Assembly: GCA_949156565.1 (NCBI GenBank)
Contig: CASCZI010000002.1
Coordinates: 100,611-164,610, forward strand
Length of the DNA stretch: 64,000 nt
Reading direction: 5' to 3'
DNA from: an uncultured Alphaproteobacteria bacterium
GTDB taxonomy: Bacteria; Pseudomonadota; Alphaproteobacteria; Rs-D84
The notes below the pieces were generated by a model. It was not told the origin of the DNA. It did no database searches and worked only from the letters and a program-made list of their open reading frames with translations. The translations under genes were made by a program, and so were the position numbers. Shown in pieces: positions 19,129 through 28,636 of this stretch. Position 1 is the stretch's first letter. Each line of letters starts with the position of its first letter.

Positions 19129-20523
19129 ATGGAAAAAATGATGAAAAAACTGGTTATTGTTGGCCGGCCCAATACCGGCAAATCGACACTGTTTAATGCC
19201 TTGACGGGCACACGGGATGCATTGGTGCATGACCGACCGGGCGTCACACGCGATGTCATTGGGGGAACGATCAAGAACCGCGCATGGACGGTTTATGACA
19301 CGGCGGGTCTGGAATCGGCAAAATCGGGATTGGCCGCGGATTCGACGGATATGGCGGTCCGGTATGTTGCCGATGCCGATGCCATTATCTTTGTTGTCGA
19401 TGGACGGGCCGGATTAACACATGGGGATATGGATTGGGCCCGGGTGGTACGCCGCGCCGCGGGACGTACCCCCATCCGATTGGTGGCCAATAAAACCGAA
19501 TCGTCACGCCGTACCGCCGAAATGGATGATTTTTATAAATTGGGTTTTGGGGCACCGTTTCCCATATCCGCAGAACACAAGCGGGGATTTGACGCCATTT
19601 TTGATTTTATTGACGAAATTGCCCCAATCGCATCTGATACACAATCTGATAACACAGATATGAATACAAATGAAACCACCGCCGCCACCCTTGCCGGGAT
19701 ACCAAATCGGCCATTGCACATCGCCATTATGGGCCAACCCAATGTGGGCAAATCAACATTTGTCAATCGCGTCTTGGGGCAACAACGTCAAATTGTGCGT
19801 GACATGCCGGGCGTCACACGTGACACGGTTAAAATCCCCACCCGTTTTTACGGGCGTGACATCGTTTTAATGGATACGGCCGGATTACGTCGCAAGGCCG
19901 GCGTCACCGACGACGTCGAAACATTGTCGGCGTTAAAGGCATTGGATGCCATCAAAACCGCCGATGCCGTTATATTAATTGTGGATGCCACACGCAATAT
20001 TGAAAATCAGGCATTAATGATCGCGGGCCGAATTTATGACGCCGGCCGGGTATTGTGCGTGGCGTTAAATAAATGGGATCTGGTGCCGGAACATGAACGG
20101 GATGAAAAATTGTTAAAATTAAAACATCAATTTGCCAATTCGTTTCATCAAATTATCAAACCAATGATTTTGGCCATTTCGGCCGAAAAAGGCACCGGTG
20201 TTCAAAATTTGTTTAAACGCGTTTATCAACAATGTGATTTGGCGGCCACCGATGCCCCGACCAGTTTGATTAACCGCATCGTTGAAAAATTGGTCGCCAC
20301 ACGTCAACCCCCGATGTCGCGATTAAAACGCCCGATGAAGATTAAATTTGCCCGTCAAACCGGCCGGCATCCCATGCGTATAACCATTAACGTCGGGGGC
20401 GCATCCGATATCCCCGAATCATATACGCGGTACCTGCGACGGGGATTGGCCACCGCGTTGGGGTGGGAACACCTGCCTGTTGTTATTGAATACGAAAAAT
20501 CAGATAATCCATATGGTCAATAG
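19129..20523 (+). CDS. der: ribosome-biogenesis GTPase Der (EngA)
   Basis: Two tandem GTPase domains (GRPNTGKST and GQPNVGKST G1 boxes) plus a KH-like C-terminus; 464 aa. Confidence 0.93.
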   Translation: MEKMMKKLVIVGRPNTGKSTLFNALTGTRDALVHDRPGVTRDVIGGTIKNRAWTVYDTAGLESAKSGLAADSTDMAVRYVADADAIIFVVDGRAGLTHGDMDWARVVRRAAGRTPIRLVANKTESSRRTAEMDDFYKLGFGAPFPISAEHKRGFDAIFDFIDEIAPIASDTQSDNTDMNTNETTAATLAGIPNRPLHIAIMGQPNVGKSTFVNRVLGQQRQIVRDMPGVTRDTVKIPTRFYGRDIVLMDTAGLRRKAGVTDDVETLSALKALDAIKTADAVILIVDATRNIENQALMIAGRIYDAGRVLCVALNKWDLVPEHERDEKLLKLKHQFANSFHQIIKPMILAISAEKGTGVQNLFKRVYQQCDLAATDAPTSLINRIVEKLVATRQPPMSRLKRPMKIKFARQTGRHPMRITINVGGASDIPESYTRYLRRGLATALGWEHLPVVIEYEKSDNPYGQ

Positions 20524-20657
20524 TTTGATCAACTATTGATGGCGTTCATCGCGTATAAAGGTTTATTAACTTTTCTATCCGCAATCCAACGCATACGGCG
20601 CGGAAAAATTCCGCGCCGTTATAAAAAAAAGGCCGGCATATCGCCGACCCGGGATTT

Positions 20658-20981
20658 TTACCATCCCCCCAGCGGACAACCGGAAATCCCCGGCAGGAAT
20701 TGCAACACAATCCCAATACCGAACAATAACGTAAATCCAACCAACAGACCCGTCCCTTTGTCTTTGACATCGTCCATTTTGACGTCGCCCTTGGAAATAT
20801 ATCCCCATGCCCATTGCGCGATAAAGAATGCCGCCCCCGCAAATGCCAACGTCCGCAAGGTACGAAATACCCCCTGCATCCCTGCAATCAAGGCACATGG
20901 ATCGGCGGCGCCGGTCGCACTGGCCATGGCGACACCACCGGTGGCCATTATCGCAATTAATGCAAATAAAAATTTATTCAT
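20658..20981 (-). CDS. TrbC/VirB2-family pilin-like protein
   Basis: A 107-aa protein with a long signal peptide ending in AAA. The mature part has two hydrophobic helices separated by a charged loop (SKGDVKMDDVKDKG), which is the VirB2 topology. Confidence 0.5.
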   Translation of the reverse strand: MNKFLFALIAIMATGGVAMASATGAADPCALIAGMQGVFRTLRTLAFAGAAFFIAQWAWGYISKGDVKMDDVKDKGTGLLVGFTLLFGIGIVLQFLPGISGCPLGGW

Positions 20982-21103
20982 ATTTATTCCCCTATGGTTT
21001 ATGCGTTATTTTAATTATATCATAATTTTACCCATGATTCAAGTTACACAAAAATCCCCCCAACAAAATAATTGCCGGGGGGAATTTATGGGCATAACCC
21101 GCC

Positions 21104-21511
21104 TTAGCGATTGGTGGGTACAATAATATAACGACGCCGTAAAACTATGGTATCATTGCCATTTGCCATACCGCATCCACATGTTTCTTTGACGGGTTGG
21201 GTTGATGGTTTGTTATCCATTTCAGATTGATCACCCGGCACCGGAACAATCATCGACCGATCACGGCGTGGGGCCACATGGGCATTGTCACGTGCGTACA
21301 AATCGGCACACATCGTGTCACGATAAATAATCTTTTTTTCATTATCTATGCCGCGAATGTCCGCCGAATAATTTTCGCCATATTCGGTCGCCGAATAAAT
21401 ACAATCACGCCCGTCTTGAACATATCGAATATCGCCCCGGAAATAATCATAATGCGTTCCGCATCCCGCCAACATCACCAAACCAATCATAGAAATTAAA
21501 AACGTTTTCAT
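21104..21511 (-). CDS. lipoprotein (hypothetical)
   Basis: A 135-aa ORF with an LAGC lipobox. Confidence 0.45.
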   Translation of the reverse strand: MKTFLISMIGLVMLAGCGTHYDYFRGDIRYVQDGRDCIYSATEYGENYSADIRGIDNEKKIIYRDTMCADLYARDNAHVAPRRDRSMIVPVPGDQSEMDNKPSTQPVKETCGCGMANGNDTIVLRRRYIIVPTNR

Positions 21512-21668
21512 GTGCCATACCCTTGGTCATCACCGAACCCTCTCCGGCCCCCGATTCGGCATCATTGTTACACAAATATTTATGGTGTCAAATTTTATTC
21601 ACAACAATTGATCGCGCCCCGGTCACATGATATAATAACGCCGATCAATTTAACCAAGAGTTACATAA

Positions 21669-22613
21669 ATGAATTACACATCATACGGTCTGGTCAATAC
21701 CCAGAAAATGTTTTCTGATGCCCTGGGGAACGGGTACGCGGTACCGGCATTTAATTTTTATAATATGGAAACGCTGATGGCAATCATGACGGCGGCCCAA
21801 GAATGTCGATCACCGGTGATCTTGGCGGTTTCAGAATCGGCGTTAAAGTATATGGGATCACGCATGCTGATGGGGATGATTTCGGGGTTGGGATTGGATG
21901 GGAAAACGCCCATTGCGTTGCACCTGGATCACGGTGGATCGGTTGATGCATGCCGCGCGGCGGTTGATTTGGGGTTTTCATCCGTCATGATCGATGCCAG
22001 TAAATTGTCCATCGATGAAAACATAGATATCACCCGCACGGTTGTCGAATATGCCCACGCCCATCATGTCAGTGTAGAAGCAGAACTGGGCATCCTCGCA
22101 GGGATCGAAGACGAAAACACATCCAGTACCTATGGCAACTATACCAATCCCGATGATGTGGTGCGATTTGTTCATGCCACCGGTGTTGATTCCTTGGCGA
22201 TTGCCATCGGGACCAGTCACGGGGCCTATAAACGTAAAAGTGACGATGAAAAATTGCGATTTGATATTCTTGAATTAATTGCCGAAAAATTACCTTCTTT
22301 TCCATTGGTATTGCATGGCGCGTCCAGTGTTCCGGGCAAATTGGTTGATATCATTAACACATATGGGGGCGATATGCATGGGGCGCGGGGAATCGCCCCA
22401 GACCAATTACGAATGGCCACATCGATGAACATATGCAAAATTAATGTCGACAGTGATTCCCGCCTGGCATTTACGGCGGCAATGCGGTCTTATTTGACCC
22501 AACACCCTGATGTCTTTGACCCGCGAAAATACCTTGGGCTGGCACGGGATATGATCACCCAGAATTGCATAGATGAAATTCGAACCATTATGAATTCTGA
22601 AAACAGGTATTAA
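21669..22613 (+). CDS. fba: fructose-bisphosphate aldolase, class II
   Basis: A 314-aa protein with the LHLDHGGS motif and zinc-binding His residues of class II FBA. Confidence 0.88.
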   Translation: MNYTSYGLVNTQKMFSDALGNGYAVPAFNFYNMETLMAIMTAAQECRSPVILAVSESALKYMGSRMLMGMISGLGLDGKTPIALHLDHGGSVDACRAAVDLGFSSVMIDASKLSIDENIDITRTVVEYAHAHHVSVEAELGILAGIEDENTSSTYGNYTNPDDVVRFVHATGVDSLAIAIGTSHGAYKRKSDDEKLRFDILELIAEKLPSFPLVLHGASSVPGKLVDIINTYGGDMHGARGIAPDQLRMATSMNICKINVDSDSRLAFTAAMRSYLTQHPDVFDPRKYLGLARDMITQNCIDEIRTIMNSENRY

Positions 22614-22615
22614 TC

Positions 22616-22645
22616 AAAGCCGCGATTTCGCGGCTTTGATTTTTC
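22616..22645 (+). terminator. rho-independent terminator
   Basis: AAAGCCGCGATTTCGCGGCTTTG hairpin followed by a T-run, after fba. Confidence 0.6.
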
Positions 22646-22808
22646 AAAAAAAATGATATAATTATCATGAATCTATGAAATGGGTTCGGGGCCGTTAGAA
22701 AGCCCATATCTGTTAGGCGCGTATGCGTCATTGATCCCTGATCTTTGGGTCGGGGGGCCGCGTGTTATATAAAACGATTACGGAAAACCGCGGGGTCATC
22801 TAACAGAT

Positions 22809-23759
22809 ATGATTTCTAAACTCCCCGGCCGTCATTTCATGACGGTCATTTTTTTCATGGGGCAAAGGTTGAATTTGTTTTTATCGTTAATCATTTTTAT
22901 TGTTTTGTTCATCCCAGAAAAATCAATGGCCACCACGATTGAAATCCCCGATCGATCTATGAAGCTGTGCGCGATGCGCGGCGGGACACCGAACGAATTT
23001 TTTCAATGCTGTATTCATCGTTTGGCCGATGGGGATGATGATCCGGATGATGCCAATCATCATACCGAAAAAATTCCCCCCGATATTGAACAAATGCGGC
23101 AACGTGATATGGCCAATTGTTTAAAATTCCCCGGTGGCGGTGCCCGGGTATCTGTATCGACGGCATTCTGTGTTATATGGAATACAGATGACACAACGAA
23201 TGCCGGATCGCCGCGCGTTGACGCATATGCCACAGAAAATCAGGGTATCCCATATATAACGTTTTGTAATGGGGATCTTTGTTCGAACGCCCAATCCACA
23301 TCATGGTTATTAATGAAAGATGTCACCGGCAATGCCAATATGTATGTTATGCCATGGGCCTATACCTGGGCAAAACAAGATTGTGAAAGAAACGGCGGCA
23401 AACTTGATCTGGAAATCGGTACCAAACACCGCAACGCGTATATATATTGCCAAATCACTGGCACACCCAACGATGTCACCCGTGAAAAATGTGACGCATT
23501 GCAAATCCCGTGGTCTTTGGGGTATATCGATGAAAATATGGGCGGCTGGCACATCAGCGAAAGAACCAATGGTACCCCGACCCAGGCGACGTGCAGATAT
23601 ATACCACGCTTTTTCTATTATACCGCACGTGATATTCCTGGGACCTGCAGAGATAATATGATCGAAGATCCCGAAACGGGACATTGTATGTGTAAATACG
23701 GATATAACGGCGAATTCAGAAATTCCCCCTGTCGCGAACATCCAGAAAACCCGGAATAA
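22809..23759 (+). CDS. secreted cysteine-rich protein (family with CxC-KYGYNGE motif)
   Basis: A 316-aa ORF with a hydrophobic N-terminal signal or anchor and many Cys residues. The start may be downstream, at MTVIFF. A terminator follows. Confidence 0.5.
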   Translation: MISKLPGRHFMTVIFFMGQRLNLFLSLIIFIVLFIPEKSMATTIEIPDRSMKLCAMRGGTPNEFFQCCIHRLADGDDDPDDANHHTEKIPPDIEQMRQRDMANCLKFPGGGARVSVSTAFCVIWNTDDTTNAGSPRVDAYATENQGIPYITFCNGDLCSNAQSTSWLLMKDVTGNANMYVMPWAYTWAKQDCERNGGKLDLEIGTKHRNAYIYCQITGTPNDVTREKCDALQIPWSLGYIDENMGGWHISERTNGTPTQATCRYIPRFFYYTARDIPGTCRDNMIEDPETGHCMCKYGYNGEFRNSPCREHPENPE

Positions 23760-23763
23760 AAAT

Positions 23764-23790
23764 ACCCGCGCAAAAACGCGGGCATTTTTT
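23764..23790. terminator. bidirectional rho-independent terminator
   Basis: CCCGCGCAAAAACGCGGG hairpin followed by a T-run. Confidence 0.6.
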
Positions 23791-23802
23791 TAATGGGATG
23801 AT

Positions 23803-24795
23803 TTATTGCCCTTGTAATTCACGAATTAATTTTTGCAGACGTGCCATGCTGTCTTCGTCATTTAACGCGGTTGCAATGGTAAACGCACTATCTAAATCAT
23901 TCCGTGCCGATGCGACGTTCCCCAGGCTCAGGTTCAATGCCGCCGATTTTTCAAAATACGTCATCGCACGACTGGATAAATCTTCGCGTTCCTGGGCGGT
24001 GGTTGTACCTTGGATCTGTTCGGAAATAATCCGCACCGCCGATGTGTAATCATTGATCGCATCTGCGTATTGTCCCAATGCCGTATACGCTTCGGCCCGT
24101 TCGGCATAAACATTGGGCGTCACATTACCATCGGGACGTGCCAATGAATTTGTGTAATCGGCAATCGCCCCTTCCCAATTTTTTAGCCACAAATTCAATT
24201 GACCCCGACGCGCATACAAATCACGTAACCGTAATATGTCATTCGCGCCACCGGCCCGGGCGGCCAATGCGTTGTTAATATCATTCAACGCCGCCGAATA
24301 ATTTTCAAGCCGTGTATTCAACAATGACCGATCATAATACGCCACCGCATTATTGGGATCCAATTCAATCGCCCGATCAAAATCCCCCAATGCCGCGGCA
24401 AAGTTGGATGATTGCATATACGCTTCGCCCCGCAGAATCAACGCATCCACCGACGGATGGGCATCATCTATGGCCGCGCTCAGATCGGCGATCGCATCAT
24501 CGATTTGACCGGCAACCAACTTGGCCTTGCCTTGATCATAATAATCATTGGCCGGCACCAAGGCTTCTTCGGTGACGGAGACATTATTAACCACCGGATG
24601 CAAGATGGCATGACTGCGCCCCAGGATATAAAACGTTGCCGCAATAAAGAAAAGAATAATAAACCAATACAAATAAATCGACAATGACCACGGATTAAAA
24701 CGTGCCGGTGCCGTGTTGCTTTTGACCATTGCCTTGGCCGGCGCGGCGCGACGCGTGGCCTGTGTTTTCTTTGGTTGCGCTTTTTTCTGTTTCAT
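23803..24795 (-). CDS. membrane-anchored tetratricopeptide-repeat protein
   Basis: A 330-aa protein with a basic N-terminus and one TM helix, followed by multiple TPR units (AxxYxxRGxAY type). Confidence 0.7.
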   Translation of the reverse strand: MKQKKAQPKKTQATRRAAPAKAMVKSNTAPARFNPWSLSIYLYWFIILFFIAATFYILGRSHAILHPVVNNVSVTEEALVPANDYYDQGKAKLVAGQIDDAIADLSAAIDDAHPSVDALILRGEAYMQSSNFAAALGDFDRAIELDPNNAVAYYDRSLLNTRLENYSAALNDINNALAARAGGANDILRLRDLYARRGQLNLWLKNWEGAIADYTNSLARPDGNVTPNVYAERAEAYTALGQYADAINDYTSAVRIISEQIQGTTTAQEREDLSSRAMTYFEKSAALNLSLGNVASARNDLDSAFTIATALNDEDSMARLQKLIRELQGQ

Positions 24796-24819
24796 GGAAA
24801 TCTCCCTTGCCCTACGTTC

Positions 24820-25533
24820 TTATCCTTTATTGTAAAGAGATTTCATAATCGCGTCAATGCTTTTCTGGTCTAATTCGCAAATTTCACCCGGTTTTAAACG
24901 ATCGATCCCAATGGGCCCAAATGATATACGATGCAATTTCATCACCGGCGCCCCCACCGCACGCAAGACAATTCGAACCTCGTTCTTCTTCCCTTCGGTG
25001 ACCAGAACCCGCAATGTATGATCATCGACGACATCAATCCGCATGGGCCGGTAATGAATCCCATCGATCGTAATCCCACGCCGCGCCGCCCCCAGATTGG
25101 CCGCCCGTGCATTTTTTACCGTCGCAAGATAGGTTCGCGGTATCTGCGATTGGGGTAACGTTAATTGCCGCGCCACATCCCCGTTATTGGTCATCAACAA
25201 CAATCCTGTGGTCTTAAAATCCAATCGCCCAATATATTTTAGGTTTTTATATTCCACCCCCAACACGTCGTAAATGGTTCGCCGGCCGTTTGGATCACGT
25301 GTCGTGGTCATGGTATCGATGGGTTTATGAAATGCAAAGATACGCACCCTTGGATCACAATGAACATTATGACCATGAACCGTAACACGATCATCATCAC
25401 CCACAAAGAATACAGGCGTGTCCACAATGGTTCCATTAACCGCCACGGCACCGGTGGCGATCAAGCGTTCGGCATCCCGGCGCGACGCCACACCCGCGTC
25501 CGATAAAAATTTTCCCAATCGTATTGCCATCAC
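24820..25533 (-). CDS. rRNA pseudouridine synthase (RsuA/RluB family)
   Basis: An S4 RNA-binding N-terminus (KFLSDAGVASRRDAERLI) followed by a pseudouridine synthase core (GRLDFKTTGLLL). Confidence 0.85.
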   Translation of the reverse strand: MMAIRLGKFLSDAGVASRRDAERLIATGAVAVNGTIVDTPVFFVGDDDRVTVHGHNVHCDPRVRIFAFHKPIDTMTTTRDPNGRRTIYDVLGVEYKNLKYIGRLDFKTTGLLLMTNNGDVARQLTLPQSQIPRTYLATVKNARAANLGAARRGITIDGIHYRPMRIDVVDDHTLRVLVTEGKKNEVRIVLRAVGAPVMKLHRISFGPIGIDRLKPGEICELDQKSIDAIMKSLYNKG

Positions 25534-26204
25534 GCATCACCCCGACCCGTCATGGCCATCATAACGACGGCCGCCACTTCGGCACGTAAAATGGTTTTTC
25601 CCAATGAAACCGGTATGGCACCCCCCGCGCGCAATGCGTCAAATTCGGCGGGGGAAAATCCCCCTTCGGGTCCAATCAGAACACGATTGCCCGGCCGGGC
25701 CGCGCCCACCAAATCCCCATGCGCCGCACGTTCATCGCCAAACGCCAACCCCGCCATATCCAACCCAGAAAATTTAATCGGAGAATAAATTTTCGGCACA
25801 CTGTTTCGACCAGATTGTTCGGCCGCCTCTATCACGATTTTTTGCATGCGGTCCCAATGAATATGGTGCGCCACGGTGCGATCGGTCATCACCGGCACAA
25901 ACGCCGCCACCCCCATCTGGGTCGCCATGTTCATCAGATCATCTGTTTTTTTAATTGGTGCAAAATACATGGTGACGTCCCCCGACGGATCGGGGTGATC
26001 GGTGGCCGCCCCCACATCCAGGCTTTGCCCATCGCCCCCCAATTTGGCAGTGTATTCGATGCCCGCCCCAAAGACCAGACACGTATCGGTCCGCATAACG
26101 CGCGTCAAATAATGCGCCACATCACGCGTTATTGGCACCGTTACGCCCACCCCCAACGGGGCATCACAATAAATTCGTGGAATATTTTTCATGCACATCC
26201 CCAA
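25530..26204 (-). CDS. rsmE: 16S rRNA (uracil1498-N3)-methyltransferase
   Basis: N-terminal PRIY and the C-terminal SPOUT motif GPEGGFSPAE. The start may be the internal MKNIPRIY (26192). Confidence 0.8.
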   Translation of the reverse strand: MGMCMKNIPRIYCDAPLGVGVTVPITRDVAHYLTRVMRTDTCLVFGAGIEYTAKLGGDGQSLDVGAATDHPDPSGDVTMYFAPIKKTDDLMNMATQMGVAAFVPVMTDRTVAHHIHWDRMQKIVIEAAEQSGRNSVPKIYSPIKFSGLDMAGLAFGDERAAHGDLVGAARPGNRVLIGPEGGFSPAEFDALRAGGAIPVSLGKTILRAEVAAVVMMAMTGRGDA

Positions 26205-26250
26205 TTCATGTCTTTAACATCATCTTTTTTTCTGATATAATCATAACACA

Positions 26251-28506
26251 ATGGCACGCAAGTTCAACATTTTATCCAACAGCGCCGAAGGCAAAGGTCT
26301 GCGGATTTTTTCATCCGCCGCATACAAAGAACATGAACGCACGCCCATGGCGCGTACATTTTGGCGTATACGGTGGGCCTGTTATATCTGGTTGGTGTGT
26401 GCGTTGGGATTTTCATTGGCATTTGTGGTTGAACACATATGGCGATATGGATGGTCCCCGGCGACATTGGTATGGATAAAAACATATCTAACCCATGTGA
26501 TGACGACGGGTGGATTGGCCACGATGGCGGAAATTCCATCATGGGTTGCACGCACAATTTTCCGGACAGACATCATGTGCCTGGTTCCATTTTTGGCCAT
26601 TATTGCGTATTACTTTTTGGCCGACGCCACATTGGTTGATGAATTTAACCCCAATTCCAAGGATAAATTTGACGCCAAATCATCGAACAAGGCCACCGCC
26701 GAAGATATCGCCAAAATGGGCAAAAACGGTGGTAATTTATTCAAGGGTTTTATGATGGTCCTTGGGTATTTTAAGTACAAGGGTAAAATGACCGCCATGA
26801 TGTTTGACGAATGCCTCTCGGCGTTGTGCGTCGCGCCCCCCGGGACCGGTAAAACCGCGGGCGTGTGCGTCCCAACCATATTGGATTGCGACGGGGTGTC
26901 AATGATCATTAATGACCCGAAACCAGAATTAAAACAACAAACGTCTGGTTACCGGGCCAGTATTGGCCCCACATTCATTATGAACTGGGCCGGCCAAGAT
27001 GATCCGGCACGGGGCATCTATTACCCATCATGGAATCCGTTGTCACCCGAACACGTGCCATTTAATATGGAACAACGCGATCTGTATATTGATTCAATGT
27101 GCAAGGTGTTAATTCCCGACAACACGTCATCATCGGCCGATCCACACTGGTCTTTGACGGGGCGTGCGGGATTATCTGGTCTGATTCAATTTATTATTTC
27201 CAAAATCGAACGCGCCAAGGCCGATGATTATTTTTATTCCCGTCTGAATGCAGGCACATTTGATGCCGAAGATGCCGCTGTTTTAGGCGATTATTATCTG
27301 GCCATGATTCATGATCCAAATGCGTATGCGGCACACGCCATTTTGACACGCGGGGAATTAACGGCGCAAAACTATGTCCATATTGGTACATGGTCCAATA
27401 TCCCCGACGCATGGCACGGGAAAGAGGCATCGCTCTCTATGATTCTGGATTGGATGAACGCGAACCAGATCCGCATCGCCCAGGAAATGGAATCCCGTCG
27501 TCGCCAGGGGGATCAAATGGTCATGATGGCCGACCCCATGAAAGATCTGTTCGAAGACGCCGTCAAAGAAGCGCGCCAATTCGCCTATGCCCACCGCGCG
27601 ATTTTGGAATTAACGCAACTGGCCAATACCCCGGACAAGGAACGCGGATCCATCCTTTCGACGATTCAATCGGGCCTGGGGATATTCCGAAATGCCGCCG
27701 TTCGCAACCGGACCAGTCATTCGGACTTTCACTTTTCGGATCTGCGGGGCCTGCGCGATCCCCGCGACGGCAAGGTAAAGCCGGTGACGGTCTATCTTTC
27801 GATCAATCTGGTAGATGCCCAGGCGTTAAACCCCATTACCGGGATCTTTATCGAATTGATGTCAAATTACCTGTTGGCGAACGCCCCCAATACAACAAAC
27901 GCCAGTGGCCAGAAAATGGGCCCCTATCCCGTCTTGTTCGTGTTGGACGAAATGCCCAAGATGCAAAAACTTGACGCCGTGATTCAGGGACCTGACCTGG
28001 GGCGTGGGCAACAAATATCGTATTTAATTATTGGTCAGGATCTGCACCAGATCGCGGAAAAATACGGCCAAGACGCCGCCGCCACAATTATTTCCACAAC
28101 GGCCGGGAAAATCGTCTTGCGTCAAAATGACCCCGACAGTGCGAAACGCTTTTCCGAAATGATCGGGATGAAGGTGAAAAAGAAAATGGTAAAGGGACCT
28201 GACGGCAAAGAAACCGAAACGGATGACCGCGAACCCCTTTATTCCGAAATGGACATCATGAAATTACCAGAGGGCAAACAACTGGTCATTATTCAGGGAC
28301 ACTATAACCGCCCGATAGAGGCATCCCAAGAACGCTGGTTTAAAAATAAATCAGAGATCGAGAAAAAATTATATGCCAAAGTAATGATGGGCGAAGCGCC
28401 CCCCCTGCCTGAATTTTTGGTCCCATCCCATCACCGGGCATTGTCCTATCCGGGCGTACCAAAAATCTATTACCCGGCCACCAAAGAATTAAAGGTATTG
28501 GGATAA
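26251..28506 (+). CDS. type IV secretion coupling protein (VirD4/TraG family ATPase)
   Basis: Two N-terminal TM helices and a Walker A (VAPPGTGKTAG). It also has a DPKPEL motif, a Walker B (VLFVLDEMP) and a Q-x-x-x-QI...YG motif. The protein is 751 aa with a roughly 150-aa C-terminal extension. An alternative start lies at 26347. Confidence 0.8.
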   Translation: MARKFNILSNSAEGKGLRIFSSAAYKEHERTPMARTFWRIRWACYIWLVCALGFSLAFVVEHIWRYGWSPATLVWIKTYLTHVMTTGGLATMAEIPSWVARTIFRTDIMCLVPFLAIIAYYFLADATLVDEFNPNSKDKFDAKSSNKATAEDIAKMGKNGGNLFKGFMMVLGYFKYKGKMTAMMFDECLSALCVAPPGTGKTAGVCVPTILDCDGVSMIINDPKPELKQQTSGYRASIGPTFIMNWAGQDDPARGIYYPSWNPLSPEHVPFNMEQRDLYIDSMCKVLIPDNTSSSADPHWSLTGRAGLSGLIQFIISKIERAKADDYFYSRLNAGTFDAEDAAVLGDYYLAMIHDPNAYAAHAILTRGELTAQNYVHIGTWSNIPDAWHGKEASLSMILDWMNANQIRIAQEMESRRRQGDQMVMMADPMKDLFEDAVKEARQFAYAHRAILELTQLANTPDKERGSILSTIQSGLGIFRNAAVRNRTSHSDFHFSDLRGLRDPRDGKVKPVTVYLSINLVDAQALNPITGIFIELMSNYLLANAPNTTNASGQKMGPYPVLFVLDEMPKMQKLDAVIQGPDLGRGQQISYLIIGQDLHQIAEKYGQDAAATIISTTAGKIVLRQNDPDSAKRFSEMIGMKVKKKMVKGPDGKETETDDREPLYSEMDIMKLPEGKQLVIIQGHYNRPIEASQERWFKNKSEIEKKLYAKVMMGEAPPLPEFLVPSHHRALSYPGVPKIYYPATKELKVLG

Positions 28507-28604
28507 TTCTCTATGATGGGTTCCCCCACGGAACTTTAATTTCCGTGGGTTGGGCCTGGCGGGGGGAACTATGCTATGGCATGGCACAAAGACAGATGAA
28601 TACA

Positions 28605-28636
28605 AAAAAACCGCCCATATGGGCGGTTTTTATTTA
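28605..28636. terminator. bidirectional rho-independent terminator
   Basis: CCGCCCATATGGGCGG hairpin flanked by an A-run and a T-run. Confidence 0.6.

Noticed and set aside
20524-20657. Hairpin GGCGCGGAAAAATTCCGCGCC between der and the VirB2-like gene, as a terminator
   Set aside because: It is a good stem but is not followed by a T-run on either strand, so it is not a canonical intrinsic terminator. It might be a protein-binding palindrome.
20536-21126. 196-aa + strand ORF overlapping the VirB2-like gene
   Set aside because: Low-complexity Pro/Ala/Asn-rich translation antisense to a gene with a coherent pilin-like architecture. It is probably a shadow ORF.
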